A DNA stretch of 64,000 bases, from positions 73,346,001 to 73,410,000 of the forward strand of contig JBNRSN020000001.1 of assembly GCA_051313645.2 (NCBI GenBank), read 5' to 3'. The position numbers and the translations under genes are program-made. The stretch is from Centroscyllium fabricii. Taxonomy: Eukaryota. The first letter of the stretch is position 1. Each line of letters opens with the position of its first letter. The notes under the pieces are model-generated. The model saw only the letters and a list, made by a program, of their open reading frames with translations, had not been told where the DNA came from and ran no database searches. Shown piece by piece: positions 59,967-64,000 of this stretch.

Positions 59967-62900
59967 TGTGGTAACCGTATTATGTAATTGATTACCACTG
60001 TATTATTGTAACAATAATGGGCTGTGCAGATGTAAGGCACAGCCCTGTAACCTGTGTAATACTGTTGGGAGCCAGGTCAGCCACACCTCTAACTCCTCCC
60101 CCAGGTGAGGCCCTTTATAGGTGGAAACTGACCGAGGCTCCTCATTCCTGTACAGAAGTTCGTTCCGGAGGGTAGCTCCAAACTTAGCGATTAAAAGCCT
60201 TTAGTTACGGTAACTACTCGTCGACTCATTTAATCGGAGATATTGACGATACGTCAATTTTAATTGCTAAATATTTTAAAATGGAGAGCAGCGCAGTTAA
60301 ACCAGAGAAGCTAGACATCAGTCCCCAGGACCTGGCCGCTGCTACCACGTTCGAACACTGGTTCGGTCTCCTGGAGGCCTACATGGACGCTGCCAAGGCT
60401 ACAATGGACAGGAACAAATTGCAGGTCCTCCGGTCGAGGATCTCCAGCAGGGTATTCTCCCTCATCAGAAACACCTCAACCTACCCAGCGGCTGTGCAGA
60501 AACTAAGAAAATGCTACGAGCGCCCGGTCCATTCGGTCTACGCCCGACATGTGCTTGCGACCAGATCTCAGCTACCGGGTGAGACCAACGAGCAGTTCGA
60601 GCAAGCGCTCCAGGCCCTGGTACGGGTCTGTGGCTGCCAAGCCAGAACAGCTGAAGAGGAGGCGAATCTCCTCGTTCGGGACGCTTACGTTACGGGTCTA
60701 AGGTGTGTAGAAGCCCGCCAGCGGCTACTGGAGAAAGACACTCTGTCCCTCGAAGAGGCGATTACGATAGCCAACTCAGTAGAGGGAGCCCGAAACAAAT
60801 TACAGGCGTACAGCGGCACTAACCCGCACACCTACGACATATGGGCCGCGCCACAATGGGCCCTGGCCTGGGCAGCACCACAACGGGTCGAGACCCCCAC
60901 GATGGCTGCGACAGCCACAAAAGATAAGCGCTGCTACTTCTGCAGCCAGGGATTGCACCCAAGAGCGAGATGCCCAGCCAGGACAGCGACCTGCGAGAGG
61001 TGCGCTAAGAAAGGACACTATGCTAAAGCCAGCAGATCAGCTCCAGCAGCGCCTAACCCAAGGTACAACAGTGCAGCCTGTGAGAGCACCGACAGACACC
61101 AGGTAAGCTGCAATAGCAGCGCGATCCAGCAAATGTCCGGGGGTAGAAAACAAGCGCCCCCATCTCCCACCCCGATGCGGCAAAGGCCGGCCAAGCGCGA
61201 CCCCCCAACGCAGCCGGCTGCGTGCGAATCACGGGCACTGCCAACCCGACCACCGCGGCTCGCTGCGTGCGAATCACGGGCACCGCCAACCCGACCACCG
61301 CGGTCCGCTGCGTGCGAATCACGGGCGCCGCCAGCGCGCGCACAGCGGCCCACCATGTGCGACCCCTCGGCGACGCCATCTTGTATCCAGGGCCCCTCCA
61401 TGTGCGAGCCAGGGGTGCCGCCATTTTGTATCCAGGGCCCCGCCATGTGCGAGCCAGGGGCGCCGCCATTTTGTATCCAGGGCCCCACCATGTGCGAGCC
61501 AGGGGCGCCGCCATCTTGTGTACAACCCCGACCAGCAAGGGCCCCACACACACGAAAACGCACGGCTGCGGCGGCCAGACTCAGAGTGAACCAGGACAGG
61601 CCACATACCCTGTCTAATTCTATCATGCCTATTAAGATTAACGACTACACTGTTAACTGCCTGTTCGACACAGGAAGCACTGAGAGCTTCGTACACCCCG
61701 ATACAGTGCAGCGCTGCGGACTGCAGGTCCGGCCCACTAACTACCAAGTCTCCCTAGCTTCACAGTCCCACACCGCGGACGTCACCGGCTACTGCTCCGT
61801 CACGCTCACAGTCAAGGGGCGCGTGTACCATAATTTTAAATTGTATACCCTCCAGCAGTTGTGTGCCCCAGCCTTACTAGGTTTGGATTTCCAGTGCCAC
61901 CTCAAGAGCGTGACAATGGAGTTCGGCGGGACCTTGCCCCCCCCTCACCGTCAGTAGCCGGGGCAATCCCTTCCCAAAGCGGAGCCCGGCCTGCGGCCTC
62001 TCCACCCTGAAAACCGACCCCCCCTCGCTGTTCGCCAACCTCGATCCCAAGTGCAAACCCATTGCCACTAAGAGTCGGCGGTACAGTGAGGGGGATTGCA
62101 CGTTTATCAGGTCGGAGGGCGGGCGGATGCTGAAGGAGGGGATAATTGAAGCCAGCACCAGCCCCTGGCGTGCCCAAGTTGTAGTGGTGAAGTCTGGCGA
62201 GAAACAACGGCTGGTGATCGATTACAGCCAGACTATCAACCGCTACACCGGGCTCGACGCCTACCCCCTTCCCCGCATCTCGGACATGGTCAATCAGATT
62301 GTAACCTTCAATTACGTTCTCGGAGTCGAGTAGTAGATTAGAACAATCAGGCTTTTATTCACTACAGTTAGATTACACACCAGCAAGCTGACTGTCCCCT
62401 GGAATGGCATGGGGGATGGGGGCAGTCACTTATATACCTCCTCCAGCGGGGGAGGAGTCATGGGCGGAGCCGGGTATATTCCAGGTATCATCTCACAGTG
62501 GAATACAGTACAGGTATAGGTTACATGGTGATACATGGTGATTGGCTACATACAGTGATATACACGTTTATCACACAGATCGCCCAGTACAAGGTGTTCT
62601 CTACGATCGACCTTAAATCGGCGTATCATCAGCTCTCGATCCGGAAAGCCGACCGCCCCTACACCGCCTTCGAGGCGAACGGTCGGCTCTACCACTTCCT
62701 CCGGGTCCCCTTTGGCGTGACCAACGGAGTGTCAGTGTTCCAACGGGAGATGGACCGTATGGTTGACCAAAATGACTTGCAGGCCACCTTCCCCTACCTG
62801 GACAACGTGACCATCTGCGGCCACGACCAGCAGGACCACGATGCCAATCTGGCCAAATTCCTCGACACGGCGGAGAAGCTGGACCTTACGTATAACAAAG

Positions 62901-64000
62901 ACAAATGTGTCTGTAATACAGACCGGCTCGCCATCCTCGGATACATGGTGGAGAACGGGGTCCTCGGCCCCGACCCACAGCGTATGCGACCCCTGCAAGA
63001 ACTGCCCCTACCTCACAACCCCAAAGCCTTGAGATGCCTAGGATTTTTCTCCTATTATGCACAATGGGTCCCACAGTTCGCAGATAAGGCTAGACCACTC
63101 CTCAAGGCTGCCGTTTTCCCCCTTTCTGTAGAAGCCCAAACGGCATTCGCAAGGATAAAGGAAGACATCATCAAGGCGACCATGCTCGCTGTTGATGAAT
63201 CCATCCCTTTCCAGGTGGAGAGTGACGCTTCGGACTTCGCCCATGCTGCCACCCTGAATCAGGCAGGCAGGCCCGTAGCGTTTTTCTCCCGCACCCTACA
63301 GGGACCCGAAACTCGCCACTCCACAGTGGAAAAGGAGGCCCAGGCCATCGTGGAGGCCGTGCGCTACTGGCGTCATTACCTGGCCGGTAAGCGTTTTACC
63401 CTGCTCACCGACCAACGGTCGGTGGCATTTATGTTTAATAATAAACAACGGGGTAAAATCAAGAATGATAAGATCCTGCGGTGGCGGATCGAACTCTCGA
63501 CTTACGAGTACGACATTCTTTACCGACCAGGCAAACTCAATGAACCCCCGGACGCACTGTCCAGGGGAACGTGCGCCAGTGCCCAGCTAGACCGGCTGAA
63601 GGACCTCCATGATCGACTCTGTCACCTGGGTGTCAGCAGACTTGCCCACTTTGTCAAATCCCGTAGCCTCCCCTACTCCATCACGGAGATCAAGGCTATG
63701 ACCCGAGAGTGCCCTGTCTGCGCCGAGTGCAAACCCCACTTTTTCCGGCCAGACACGGCGCACCTCATTAAGGCCACCCGCCCCTTTGAACGTCTCAGCG
63801 TGGACTTCAAAGGCCCCCTCCCCTCCACCGACCGCAACTCATACTTCCTCACGGTCGTGGATGAGTTCTCCTGATTCCCCTTCGCCTTCCCCTGCGCAGA
63901 TATGACGAGCGCAACGGTGATAAAACACTTCACCACGCTGTTCGCCATTTTCGGTCTCCCCAGCTACATCCATAGCGACCGGGGGTCATCGTTCATGAGC
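59967..64000 (+). mobile_element. Second Gypsy element of the same lineage, truncated by the window end
   Basis: 5' LTR 59967-60256, gag-PR ORF 60281-61957, frameshift at a C-run near 61940. RT is interrupted by a solo LTR; RT-RNaseH-IN runs to a premature TGA at 63872-63874. Predicted TSD ATGAC. Confidence 0.95.
62300..62575 (-). mobile_element. Solo LTR inserted into the Gypsy RT
   Basis: TG..CA ends; TSD CAGAT at 62295-62299 and 62576-62580; TATA-like and AATAAAAGCC motifs on the minus strand. Confidence 0.9.

Noticed and set aside
62498-62575. Apparent N-terminus of the 458-aa pol ORF
   Set aside because: Read-through from the inserted solo LTR. The true RT frame joins 62299 to 62581.

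Overview
Eukaryotic, TE-dense intronic DNA, most likely from a shark or ray (inferred from HE1/V-SINE-type SINEs, CR1/HER1-type LINEs and Penelope repeats). The only host gene is on the minus strand: nine internal coding exons of the P4-ATPase phospholipid flippase ATP11A (58931-59004 down to 3750-3877). All have GT-AG ends and consistent phases, and the gene continues beyond both window edges. The introns hold two related Gypsy LTR retrotransposons (one complete with a 5-bp TSD, one running off the window), at least eight solo LTRs, a decayed two-gene PIF/Harbinger transposon, Harbinger and pogo/Tigger-type MITEs, and CR1, L2 and Rex1 LINE pieces. They also hold tRNA-derived and 5S-derived SINEs, five palindromic Penelope insertions (four with minimal hammerhead ribozyme cores) and several minisatellites. 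The most notable signal: both Gypsy elements lack a tRNA primer-binding site. In its place is a 13-nt sequence complementary to the poly(A)-signal segment of their own LTR, with compensatory changes between the two elements, which suggests self-priming and/or poly(A) occlusion. All calls are by eye. Exon, LTR and TSD coordinates were counted base by base; LINE and SINE boundaries are approximate.
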